Shown here piece by piece: positions 41,329 through 54,247 of a stretch of DNA of 64,000 nucleotides. The stretch lies in NCBI RefSeq assembly GCF_009914755.1, contig NC_060932.1; one strand, written 5' to 3'. Numbering within the stretch: the first letter of the stretch is position 1; every line of letters starts with the position of its first letter. The DNA comes from the human T2T-CHM13v2.0 reference genome, Homo sapiens. The notes beneath the pieces were generated by a model, which ran no database searches, was not told where the DNA came from, and was given only the letters and a program-made list of their open reading frames with translations. Both the position numbers and the translations under genes were made by a program.

Positions 41329-43004
41329 TAATACTACACACCAACTTGAATGGATAAAATGAAAGAGATTGACACACCAAGATTGGCCAGAATTTGAAGC
41401 ACCTGGAACTTTCATATATCATTGGTTGGAATGCAAAATTGTACATACATCTCTTTTACACAACAGCTTGGCAGTTTCTTATAAAGTTAAATACATTTAT
41501 GTGGCCAGCAATAGCACTCCTAGATATTTAATGGAGAAATGAAAATATATGTCCACACAAAAACATATCTGCAAATGTTTTTGGCAACTTCATCCATAAT
41601 TTACAAACTCTTCAAATGTTCAATGCTTCGTGGATAGATTAAAAAATTGTGGAACATCTGTATATAGAATACTATTCTGCAATAAAAGAGGAACAAAGCA
41701 AAAATACGTGGAACAATGTGGATAAATCTAAAACACATTATACTATGTGAAAGGAGCAAGACACCAAAACCTACTTACTTTTTCCACATGATTCCATTTA
41801 TGTGATATTTGGGAAAAAGCAAAACTAAAGAGGTGGAATCAGATCAGTGGTTGCTTGAATTCAGAGGAAGAGATTGCAAAAGGGAATAACAGAATTAGAC
41901 TGATTATTATCACTGTGTATGTATTTGCAAAAACAAAACAACTTATTGGTCTAAAAATAATCCATGAGAAACATGTCTGATAAAACACATTTTCTGATTT
42001 AAAAAAAACCTAAACAATCATACAAGGAGAGTTAGGTACATATTTAAGTAAGATGTTTAAGGATTGAAACCACTGCCTGAGTTCTGTATCCCTAGCACAG
42101 TGCACTTAATAAATGCTTAATAATATGAAAAGAGAAGTCTCTCCTAAAACATGCATAATATTTCACCATAAACATTTCATTTAAACAATTGCCCTATTGT
42201 AGGACATGTCAGTTGTTTCTTCTAATATTTTACTATTATAAACAATGTTATAAGAACATCCTTATGTATGTTTTTCCCATCTTGAATTATTCTTTACAAA
42301 GCCTTTATGTCTAAGTCTTTATATATAAATATATGGAATATATATATATATATACATACTAGACAATGTCTCTCAAATGTCTACCTATTTTTCTAGTTTT
42401 CTGTGAAAAAAAAATAGCTCTTAAATTTCTGTGAAATTTGTCAAGTGAAAGTCCAAAGTTTTTTTTCCCTCTGTCATTGTCTTTAACGTACAAAGTTCTC
42501 TCCATTCAGCTATCTGAGTTAGGAGCTTTCTAGCTCCCTTTTTGATTTGTTTTTTGTGATCTTTAAGGACTTGGTTTAAACCACTATTTTAACACTAATA
42601 TACTGCTTTGTGATTATCCATTTGTTTGCCTTTTCTCCTGATATGGTGTGATTTACATGACAAGAAACCACTTTTTATTCAACTTCAGGTGTTCCCATCT
42701 CTGACCACGGCATGTGGCACACAGTAGGGACCCGACAAGGGTTCCTTGGCTCAATAAGCAGAAGAGGTCTGAACAGCGGGGCCCTATTTCTGCCCCTACC
42801 ACTGCCACAGTGTAAATGCAGTCCACCCTCTGAATTTGTTTATACAAGGTAAGTCCCTGCTTCTCAATGTCTTGTGGTGTCACCTCAAAGTAACCAAGCA
42901 ATTTCTACCAGAGGAGCATGTAAGTTTGCACACTGTCCTTTGTTCTTTGCTACCCACAACATTAGGGGGCCTCAATTTTTTTGCAGTGAACTGGGTTTCT
43001 TTGC

Positions 43005-43230
43005 CATAAGAGAGTATAGCTAGAGGTTCAGATGACAGGCCCTGGAAACAATTATTAGGATAAAAGGTGAACTTTGATCCTTACTACTTAGAGCTTTGGA
43101 AAGTTAGTGTCTTCCCCTGTAAAATGGGAAAATAGATGTATACCCTTCATAGAATTGGGTGACCTAATGTATGTAAAGGTCCCAGCATGTAGGAAAGGCA
43201 CAATAAAGGTGTGATCTATTCTTATTAGTT
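43005..43230 (+). mobile_element. MIR
   Basis: ctgtaaaatggga...taatgtatgtaaag core. Confidence 0.6.
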
Positions 43231-44269
43231 ACATCCTCCCTCTGTCTATCTGTACTGGGTGCTTATATTTCATGATAAGCTTCACACAGGCTGGCACATT
43301 GAGAACAGGGCTGGTGGTAATGTGCAGACATGCCTTCTTGTGCACACTTACCTTGCTGGTTGGGCAAAGGTGGCTGCCTTAGTGTTTCTGCAGTGAGTTC
43401 CTCCTACAGTCCAACCCCACAGCTCTTGACAGAAGAGCCTTCTCAAAGGGCTTTACTCTTGCTCTGTCTGCATAAAGATGAACTGTTATTTTTCATCTCA
43501 GTCTTGTCACCACTGCCCCTCAGTCATCACTTCTGCTTCTTCCCCTTATGCATAGGGTAAAAGATCAATGATCCCAGAAAATACTCTTATTCTAGCTCTA
43601 TTAATGCTGTGACTTCTCTCCCAGCTATCGAAAATGGTTCTGTTTGGGTGCCGTTTCAGCAGCTGGCTTCCTCTGCTCTTTGTGTTTCTCTTGTTTGCTT
43701 TACAAACTAGAGAGAAAAATTCTCTCTTTTTTTTTCATTTTTTATTTTTGTCATGGTACTGGGACCTGGGCAAAAGCTTATTTTCAAGTGTATATTTCTA
43801 GATGCCCCAAAAACAGGAACTCTAAGAGAACTACAGAGTTTGCTTTAAGATTAAGTACACCTGGGATCGTACCTGCTGGGTGGGTGTCTAGGCTATAAAT
43901 AAATACTAAACTAGTGGTTATTTCACCAGGATTTTAACTACAAACTCATATGCTTCAGTGAAATTCTAAGTGAGACTCATTTTTGTAATAGCTGGTGAAG
44001 AGAGACTTCAAACTCTGTATTCTAAGCAAATGGTATAGCCTCCCAAGGCCATCCACCATCTGCCAGCTACGTGTGTGAATTGCCACAGCTCAAATTCCAC
44101 TCCAGTAAACAACATTAACCAAAAGGTTCACTTTACTGAATCATTTTCAAGTCCTGGAAAGTGGTCCACACTGGCATTCAGTGTTTCACAGAGGGGGAAA
44201 CTGCATTTAAGAGGAAGGATGACCTGAGTGCAATTGATTTGAAGAAAAGCATGTGGATTAATAATAGTA

Positions 44270-44516
44270 AAATTATAATATATAACACTGATTAGAATTT
44301 ACTCCATACAGGGCCCTGGGCTTAGCACTTTACCAGTATCATCTCATTGAATTCTCAGCACAACCCTTTGAGGTAAGTACTAACATTGCCCAGTTTTGCA
44401 GATGATAAAAGTGGGGCTGAGAGAATTTCACTGACTTACCGAAACACACAGATGGCAAATGGCAGAACCAGGGCTTAAACCCTATCCTATCTAAAACCCA
44501 AAACTGTGCTCTGAAC
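44270..44516 (-). mobile_element. MIR
   Basis: tcattgaattctcagcacaaccctttgaggtaag...cagttttgcagatga. Confidence 0.75.
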
Positions 44517-44712
44517 CAGTGGTTCCTCAAATCCAGACTGGATAACAGCACTTCCTTAGTTATGCAGGCATCCCCTAAGAGCTCATAAAAATAGAAACCC
44601 TTGGCTTCACACTTACAGATGCTGATTTAGAGGGTCTCATGTGGGAGCCAAGGAATCTTGGTGGGAAGAACAGCTTAGGGTCTATTCTATAATGATCCCC
44701 AGGTTCTGGATC
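44517..44712. mobile_element. MER5-like hAT-Charlie MITE
   Basis: cagtggttcctcaaa terminus and cagatgctgattt..gggtct...gagccaaggaatc. Confidence 0.6.
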
Positions 44713-45006
44713 TGGATCAGAAGGTTACAGAAAATGTTCTCTAGTTTGTGGCTGCAGGCTAGAGAAAGACTGTTGGGTTTAAAGTTAAAGACATGGGCTT
44801 TCATCATTTGAGTAACTTGCTTGATAATGTTGCACCTTTCACATATGTGAGACCGATATCACAATATGTGCCATTGTATCTTTTAAGGTTATAATGAAGC
44901 TCAGAAAAGATAATGTAGCAAGAAGAGCCTTGAAAAATAGCAGATTGCTACATACACACAGATCACACATTTATGACTATGGTATTTTATTTCTTATTTC
45001 CTGGGT

Positions 45007-45477
45007 GTAGCAGATGATGTCAGTGCACTATCCAGAACAAACTGGATCCTGTTTTTACCATTTTTGCACAAATCTCACCCCTTCACACCCACACAACACA
45101 GTGTTATGTTTCCAACAACCAGCACCTGTGGCCCTTCTGAAAGTTGTACTGGGCAACTGAGGCTTCTGGGTCCTCAGAGGTTTACTCCTGTGGAGGAAAG
45201 CCGTTGTCCGAAGGCAGAGAGGTATGAGGGGAAGAGAGGCCAGTTCACTGGCTCAAGTCGGGACAATTCTGAAGCCTAACCTATTCTCCAGCCCTCCTCT
45301 GTGGATCAGGACTCTGCAGGTGTTCACCTGAGATCATACCCTGGCATGGCTTTCTGCCCGTTCCTGTCCTACCTTGCTCAGTTCCTCACTGATCTCTCCC
45401 AGAAACTCTTCCTTCATAAAGCACATGCCCAGGAGTCTTCAATGGAAGATCTGCTCCTGGGAAACCCAGTCTCAAGG
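45007..45477 (+). mobile_element. LTR33-like ERVL LTR
   Basis: tgtagcagatgatgtcagtgc start, gggacaattctgaagc, and ctgctcctgggaaaccca end. Confidence 0.7.
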
Positions 45478-46038
45478 TTTTTGACCCACATTATTGCATC
45501 AGTGCCCTTCTAACCAGGACCCATGAACATTAACATTCTTATCGCTTCCCCTTTGTCTTCCCTTCTTCCCAAGCCCAGTGCCTTTTTCTAGTTGAGGATT
45601 GTGATGGAGTCCTTGACTCCTCCACCTGCTCTTCAACATTTTCTTGCTGTCTTTCAGTTGATGAAAAGGCCCTAGGCATTGAGGAGGGAACAGAACAAGA
45701 ACAGGGATAGATACAGGCCGTCTGCTTGAGACAGTGCCACATCTCTTCCCTGAGGCAATGAAAGCAAAGAGGGAGAAAGAGGAGAAATTGATGGAGGTGA
45801 CATTAAGTCATACTTTCAAGATATTAAGCTACTTTACTCAGTATCACCATTACTTTTTTAGTTTTTGTTTATTGTTTATTGTTTATGTACCTTTTAACTC
45901 ATTAGTTCTCACTGGTCAACATTTTGGGAATGAAGATTCCCAGAAGTTACTTCTGCTGCTATTATCTTTTGTCTGTTTCTATTCTTTTTTGAGTGTCAAG
46001 CAGGGGCCCCTAAAAACTTGACTGTATTATTTTGGATA

Positions 46039-46152
46039 CATGTCCTTTGGAGGGACATGGATGAAGCTGGAAAGCATCATTCTCAGCAAACTAACACAGG
46101 AACAGAAAACCAAACACCTCATGTTCTTACTCATAAGTGGGAGCTGAACAAT
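46039..46152 (+). mobile_element. Isolated 114-bp L1PA fragment, an inverted copy of 47613-47726
   Basis: 2 mismatches to the reverse complement of 47613-47726 by manual alignment. No tail or TSD. Confidence 0.9.
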
Positions 46153-47284
46153 ACCAGCAGCCCTCTCTTCGACTCCATTATCCTGGGTTAGACAGGATTC
46201 ACTGGATGTGAGGGAAGTCACAACTCCTGAAATTTCTACATGAAAAAATAAATCCCTGACCATTAGAATGATGAGCCTTTTGAGTAACTAAACATCTTTC
46301 ACAATATGGCTATTTCAGCTTGTCTTATTTATTTAAGCCACAATAAGAAATTCTCTTAAAAAATAAAAATAAAAATCTGAACTCTTAAGAGTTAGTGCAT
46401 CTTTGCCTGAATATTGAACAGCTATAGACTCACAGAAAGCTTTAAGAAACTATTTTAGGGAACATATTGACACAGCAATCCTTAATTGAATGTTACCAAC
46501 TGCTTCATATCATATATTTAGAAAGAACCTGTTTATGTTGTTTTGCTACTCCAATGAATAAAGTCAGAATGGTTTAATCATCTTTTAAACATCAAATAGT
46601 CTTTATTTTAACAAATGTCTTTATTGGCCCAGGATTTGAAACCCTAGTCACTAGAGCAAGACAACACAGCCATTTTTATGCCAGCAAAAGAAGCAGCTAT
46701 GAGGCCTCACGGATAACAGAAAGAATTATCACACACCCAACTTACTGCCTGGCACAATCTATGTGATACTGAAACAGATCATTGAAAATCAAAACATGTA
46801 ACCTCTCCAATAGTTATTTCAGCTGTACATTGACAAATAGTTGGGTTGATTGTATTTTATTTCTGGCTAATAGATTTCAGATTTTAATTACTGACTGAGA
46901 CAACTGGATTAAAAAAATAATTTATGCCAGAGATGACTTGGAAAGGAAGGCTGACAAAAGAAAAGAGGATCATTTTCCAACCAATCTGGAAAAAAATGAC
47001 TAAAAACTCCGTAAATAATTCTAACGAAGGGCCTGTGGCAATAAGCTGCTTAACTTAACTGGAAAGGAAGAAACACAAAGCCCATGAATGAGGAAAAGGC
47101 ATCAATACTTTTAGATACATGGGGTTGAAAAAAATGAGTCCCATTTCACAGTCTCTTCAGTAAAATCTTAAATGATGGCTACAAACATATTATAGTAACC
47201 TGAAGCTAATAAAACTACTATCATATCACATTACAAATATGAGAAAATTAGTGTACAACATTTCATGTAATCAACAATTACATT

Positions 47285-48523
47285 TTTTTTTCGTGGAATC
47301 TATTCTGCAGGCAGGAAGCAGAGACTCTGTGACTCTGGAGAGTTTTGAGCAGGGTGGCACGAGGCATGCAAACATTTTCTTGGCTGTTTTTTTATTTTTA
47401 TTATTATTTTTTAATTATACTTTAAGCTCTGGGGTACATGTGCAGAACGTGAAGGTTTGTTACATAGGTATACATGTGCCATGGTGGTTTGCTGCACCCA
47501 TCAACCCATCACCTATATTAGGTATTTATCCTAATGCTATCCCTCCCCTAGCTCTCCACCCCCTGACAGGCCCCAGTGTGTGATATTCCCCTCGCTATGT
47601 CCATGTGTTCTCATTGTTCGGCTCCCACTTATGAGTAAGAACATGAGGTGTTTGGTTTTCTGTTCCTGTGTTAGTTTGCTGAGAATGATGGTTTCCAGCT
47701 TCATCCATGTCCCTCCAAAGGACATGAACTCATCCTTTTTTATGGCTGCATAGTATTTCATGGTGTATATGTGCCACATTTTCTTTATCCAATCTATCAT
47801 TGATGGACATTTAGGTTGGTTCCAAGTCTTTGCTATTGTGAATAGTGCTGCAATAAACATATGCATGCATGTGTCTTTATAGTATAATGATTTATAATCC
47901 TTCAGGTATATACCCAGTAATGGGATTGCTGGGTCAAATGGTATTTCTGGTTCTAGATCCTTGAGGAATCAGCACACTGTCTTCCACAATGGCTGAACTA
48001 ATTTACACTCCCACCAACAATGGAAAAGCTTTCCTATTTCTTCTCATCCTCTCCATCGTCTATTGTTTCCTGACTTTTTAATGATCGCCATTCTAACTGG
48101 CGTGAGATGGCATCTCATTGTGATTTTGATTTGCATTTCTCTAATGACCAGTGATGATCAGCTTTTTTTCATATGTTTGTTGGTCACATAAATGTCTTCT
48201 TTTGAGAAGTGTCTTTTCATATCCTTTGCACAACTTTTGATGGGGTTGTTTTTTTCTTGTAAATTTGTTTAAGTTCCTTGTAGATTCTGTATATTAGCCC
48301 TTTGTCAGATGGACAGATTGCAAAAATTTTCTCCCATTCTGTAGGTTGCTTGTTCACTCTGATGATAGTTTCTTTTGCTGTGCAGAAGCTCTTTAGTTTA
48401 ATTAGATCCTATTTATCAATTTTGGCTTTTGTTGCCATTGCTTTTGGTGTTTTAGTCATGAGGTCTTTGCCCATGCCTATGTCCTGAATGGTATTGCCTA
48501 GGTTTTTCTTCTAGGGCTTTTAT
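47285..48523 (-). mobile_element. 5'-truncated L1PA (7/8-like) with a 3' transduction
   Basis: Reverse L1PA 3' UTR/ORF2 end at 47413-48523, first tail 47387-47412, unique 47292-47386, second T-run. TSD aacaattacatt at 47273-47284 and 48524-48535. Confidence 0.93.
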
Positions 48524-50179
48524 AACAATTACATTCATATTTATGTTGAGAGGCACACAAAAATACCAGCAGCCCTGTTAGATTTGGGGCACTTTTCTTC
48601 CTTTCTTCTGCCCTCAAAACATTATGCAATATGGCTAAGTTGCTCACAGAAATATGAAAATATGAATTAACTGAAAAGACATATTGGTTTTAAGAGGAGC
48701 ACTTAGGTAAATCTCACAGAGCTCTGAAACCAAGTTGGCACTCAAGACGTGATTGCCACTTCCTCCATTCCCTAAAACTTGCATAACAGGGTTCCGTGGC
48801 TTCAGGAAACCTCCAGAGACAACAGCAGACTTCTCAAACTGCTGCATCATTAACACCCGTTTGACAACTTTGTCTTAATTAGTGTTTCAGAATAGCTGGA
48901 CTCTATAATGTGATGAAGCTTTAGGAATACCTTTACCAATTTATTCTGTTTCCATTCTCTTTTCTTGTATTCACATGGAGTAACATGTGAAAAAATATTT
49001 CTGGGTTTAATCAAGGTTAAGATAACTCTTTTAACAGGGATAAAATGAATATTCCAAGTGAGCGGAATCATGATGCCATAGTTTCATTGGCAGCCATTTT
49101 TCTTTAGCGGTATGTAAATATCGGAAGAGTCTGCAATCAGTGGTGTCTTAGATTGAATGAAACACTGCATTGTGGTAATGAGGAAACACAGGCATGTTTA
49201 GCAAGCTTTTTAGGTACTTTGGGCATCTTCAATTATTTTGGAACTACTGTACCCTCCTATTTTATTTAACATTATATACATTATTTAGGGGAAAGTCATT
49301 AACTCCATTAACAGGTAGTTTGTTAATGGATAGAGGTCTCAAAAACATAAAGAACAGTGAAATAATATCAAGACTAAAGATGGTTAAAAATTATCTCAAG
49401 AAAAACAGAAATCAGAGAGTTTTTATGACTTCTAATCATTTGGGAGAAATAATCAGTCTTTAAGGACAACTGTGGATATAAGAGTACCCAGGCAGGCAAC
49501 TACAGGGACAAGGGCTATCATTTTCATTATGTCCAAAGGAACAAAACCAGGAGAACAGAACATCTGCATATTGCCCCTCTCTTTCTTTACCTAATAGTAG
49601 TGAGTTAATAAACCCTCTCTGACCAGTGGCTACTGCTTAGTGGACTATATAATACAATTAACATATTTGCATTTTAATAAGATGTGGATTGAGCTCACAC
49701 GTTCTTTTGAAGACCAAAGAACCCAGACTTCAGAAAGCCGATAAAGGCAGATGATCATGTGACTTTTTTCCTGGATTTTTAGGGCCAGTCTTTCCCTGGA
49801 ATGAAGAAAGAGGTTTCCCCAGAGAGAATGAACATTTCCACGGCCAAGAATCCTGGGAAGTGATAAATTCTAGGGCAGGAAATAAAGACTCTATGGAGAA
49901 GTATGAGCTTGGAAATTGGCCAGGAGCTAGCTGGGCTGGAACTCTGTGGTCTGGAGACAACTGGAACATTTGGAGGAGGTGGGCAGGACACTGAATTGCT
50001 ACTGCCCATGTGAAGGCAAAGTACCCTCTTGGCGTGAGTCCTGGCCTGCGCAATTTTTCTGTGTTGTATTTTCCTTATGTAATAGTTTCAAGAGCTCCTA
50101 ATATAAGGTTCCTTTTTGGTGACATTGTTTTCTTCCCTCTTTCTTTTATGACATTTATTACTACAAGGAAAGGGAAAGA

Positions 50180-50696
50180 AGCAGGTACTAGATTCTGTTT
50201 ACGCATCACTCCAGATTTACGCACTTGCTTTGCTTTCTGACCTGTGAAGCCCCCAATAGAACTCACCCTCTTCCATAGATCATGGAGCCAGTTGTCTCCT
50301 GCCTTCACTGTGGCTACAGACCTAGAGGCTCAATGCAGCCAAATCCCCCCACATTCCTGTTGTGCTGAGGTTTGGGGGGACACCAGGACTTACTTGGCAC
50401 TCATGTTATAGTGAAAGCTCCATAGATCCAATTTTGACCTATAGGTTATGGAAGTGAGTGGACAGATGCTGCTTCCTTCCTTGCCCCTAGACAGAATGCT
50501 GGATATACAGTTTCTTCATTTATTCTCCCTAAAGATATCCCCAAAGGCCAAAGAATTTGCTTGCCATTAAGCTCAATAATATACTTCCTTACATTTTCTC
50601 TCCCTCTCTCCTGTTTTCTTGGCGTTGCGTTTCCCCAATCCAATATTGGCACATTAGTTTGGCCTCAGGCTCTGCTTTGTAGGAGATCTTAACTGA
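50180..50696 (+). mobile_element. Degraded ERVL-class LTR
   Basis: 3' end ctccctctctcctgttttc...ggcctcaggctctgctttgtaggaga resembles LTR16/41-group termini. The 5' boundary is uncertain. Confidence 0.45.
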
Positions 50697-50928
50697 TGCA
50701 ATAAACATACGCGTGCATGTGTCTTTATAGTATAATGATTTATAATCCTTTGGGTATATACCCAGTAATGGGATTGCTGGGTCAAATGGTATTTCTGGTT
50801 CTAGATCCTTGAGGAATGGCCACACTGTCTTCCACAATGGTTGAACTAATTTGCACTCCCACCAACAGTGCAAAAGCTTTCCTATTTCTTCACATCCTCT
50901 CCATCATCTATTGTTTCCTGACTTTTTA
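50697..50928 (-). mobile_element. Isolated 232-bp L1PA fragment, paralogous to 47849-48080
   Basis: Ungapped manual alignment gives 13 mismatches. No tail or TSD. Confidence 0.9.
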
Positions 50929-51019
50929 TTCCCAAAAGTCCATCCTAGTAAGAAGGATAAGACAAAATACAAGATCTGGCCAGATAGAAGGAGGAGTGGT
51001 GAGAAATAAAATCATATGA

Positions 51020-51250
51020 TAAAAACATAGCCTCTGGAGCCAGACTGCTTGGATTCAAATTCTGTCTCCACCACTTACTAGCTGTGTAAGCTAGGGCAAA
51101 TAATTCAGTTTTTATGCATACTTTTCTAATCTGTAAAAACAAACTAATAATAGAACTTGCCTCACAGGGCTACTGTGATGTCTGAAGGAGTGAATTAATA
51201 GAACATGGTAATTAATATACATGGTAAGATCTATATCAGCATGAACAGCT
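51020..51250 (+). mobile_element. MIR
   Basis: tctggagccagactgcttggattcaaat...ccacttactagctgtgt...atctgtaaaa. Confidence 0.8.
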
Positions 51251-51330
51251 ATCATCATCATCATCATCATCATTATAAGGCCATAATGGTGCTGGAAGAA
51301 TGAGGTGGAAGAATAAAAAGAAAAGCAGGG

Positions 51331-52677
<1,347 letters not shown>

Positions 52678-53261
52678 CTAAGAACACCCCCATTCCCTTG
52701 GGCACAGCATAGTAAGTGAAAAGCTTCACCAAGAAGCATTCAGTTCAGTTCCACATGCAATGTGTCTCCAGTGAAAGAGCACAATATTGGTGGAGAGCGA
52801 GACGTAGCACCTGGCTCTGAGCTGTCTGCATGTGCTACGTAGGGAATGTGGGTGTAGTGGTGTGAAGAATTCTCAGAGACGCGGGGGACAAGAAGATCCT
52901 TGGAGTAAAGCATATCAAATCGTACAGGACTATACTATAACCATTCTTGAGAGCTGAGCTATGGCAGGGACTATAGCCTTCAATCCACCAGAACAGGACC
53001 GCATCTCAGCAAACACCAGCAGTGAACAACCACTGGCCATTGCTTGGAAAATACCACAGAAACCAGAGCCACCTGCCCCCATCCCACAACAAAGTTACCT
53101 GTGCCTTTCTCTGCACACAGAGAGCAACTTGGGAAGACGGGGTGGGGTGGAGGAGGGACGAAATTTTTAAGAAAGAAGAACCACTCATTTAATGGAGTGT
53201 ATCTGTGAATTGATTAAATATTTACCAAAAAAATTACTGGAGGAATCTGAACTATATTTCC

Positions 53262-54247
53262 TGTGACATTATGTATGTTTTGGTCCACGACTCCTGGCTC
53301 ATAACTCCTATAGCCCTTGTGACAGGCTCTTGTTATAACGTTGGGGTGCTTTAGGCCTCAGAAGCAAGCTTCAGGAAACAGGATCTCTCTCTCTCTCTCT
53401 CTCTCATTCTCTCTCTTTCTCCTGCCTTCCTTTCAACTATTACTTTTTTCTCCCAGAAAACAAGACTCTAATCTTCCCCCACCTTTCTGTAGTGGAGCTG
53501 GCCATAAAGAAATTCTCTGACCTACCCTGTCTATTGTAGGTCATAAGACCTACATTTTAGAAGTTCTGCTCCATACCTTGGTACCCTGTCTTCTGTCTGC
53601 TCAGAATCTTCTTGGCCTTCCTGGGTTTCCATTAGTATTAGATCATACCCTTTTTATCAAATCACATTTCTACATGATGGTCAATCACACCTATCCAATA
53701 AAGTCCCCATAAAAGCCCAAGAAGACTGGGTACCAGGAGCTTCTGGGATAGCTGAGCTCCTGGAGGGTGGCATGCACAGGGAGGGCATGGAAGCTCCACA
53801 CTCCGTCCCTCATACTTCACCCTATGCATCTCTTCATCTGTATCTTTTGTAATATCCTTCATAATAAACCAGTTTACAAAAGTAAGTGTTTCCCTGAGTT
53901 CTGTGAGCCACTCTAGCAAATTAATCAAACCCAAGAAGGGGATTGTGGGAAAACTGATTTACACCGAGTCAGTCAGAACCACAGGTAAAACAATCTGGGG
54001 TTTATGATTGCAATCAGAAGTGGGGTAACCTGTGGGGCTGAGCCCTTGACTTGGGGGATCTGATGCTATTTCCAAGTAGATAGTGTCAGAATTGAATTGG
54101 AGAACACCCAGCTGTGTCCACGGCAGAATTGATTGACTGCCTGATAATGGGAAGAAATGCCTATACATATATAAGGTCACAGAAGTCTGTGTTGATTGTT
54201 TTGGTGTGACCACAGAGGAAAAACAGTTTGTGTTTTTTCCACTCAGA
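53262..54247 (+). mobile_element. MER21-family LTR
   Basis: tcctggctcataactccta...ggagggcatggaagctcc...ttccctgagttctgtgagccactctagcaaattaatc...gatagtgtcagaattgaattg. Confidence 0.8.

Larger units (their letters stand above)
38940..41940 (+). mobile_element. Old L1 (L1MC/ME) host, interrupted by L1PB4 and MER77
   Basis: ggattttatcaaaattaaaaacttctg, cacctcaccaaagaa and tgattccatttatgtgatatt 3' motifs. Confidence 0.65.

Noticed and set aside
43860-43960. TATA-like ggctataaata and ACTACA motifs as a promoter
   Set aside because: Such motifs are common in AT-rich DNA, with no CpG island or downstream gene structure.
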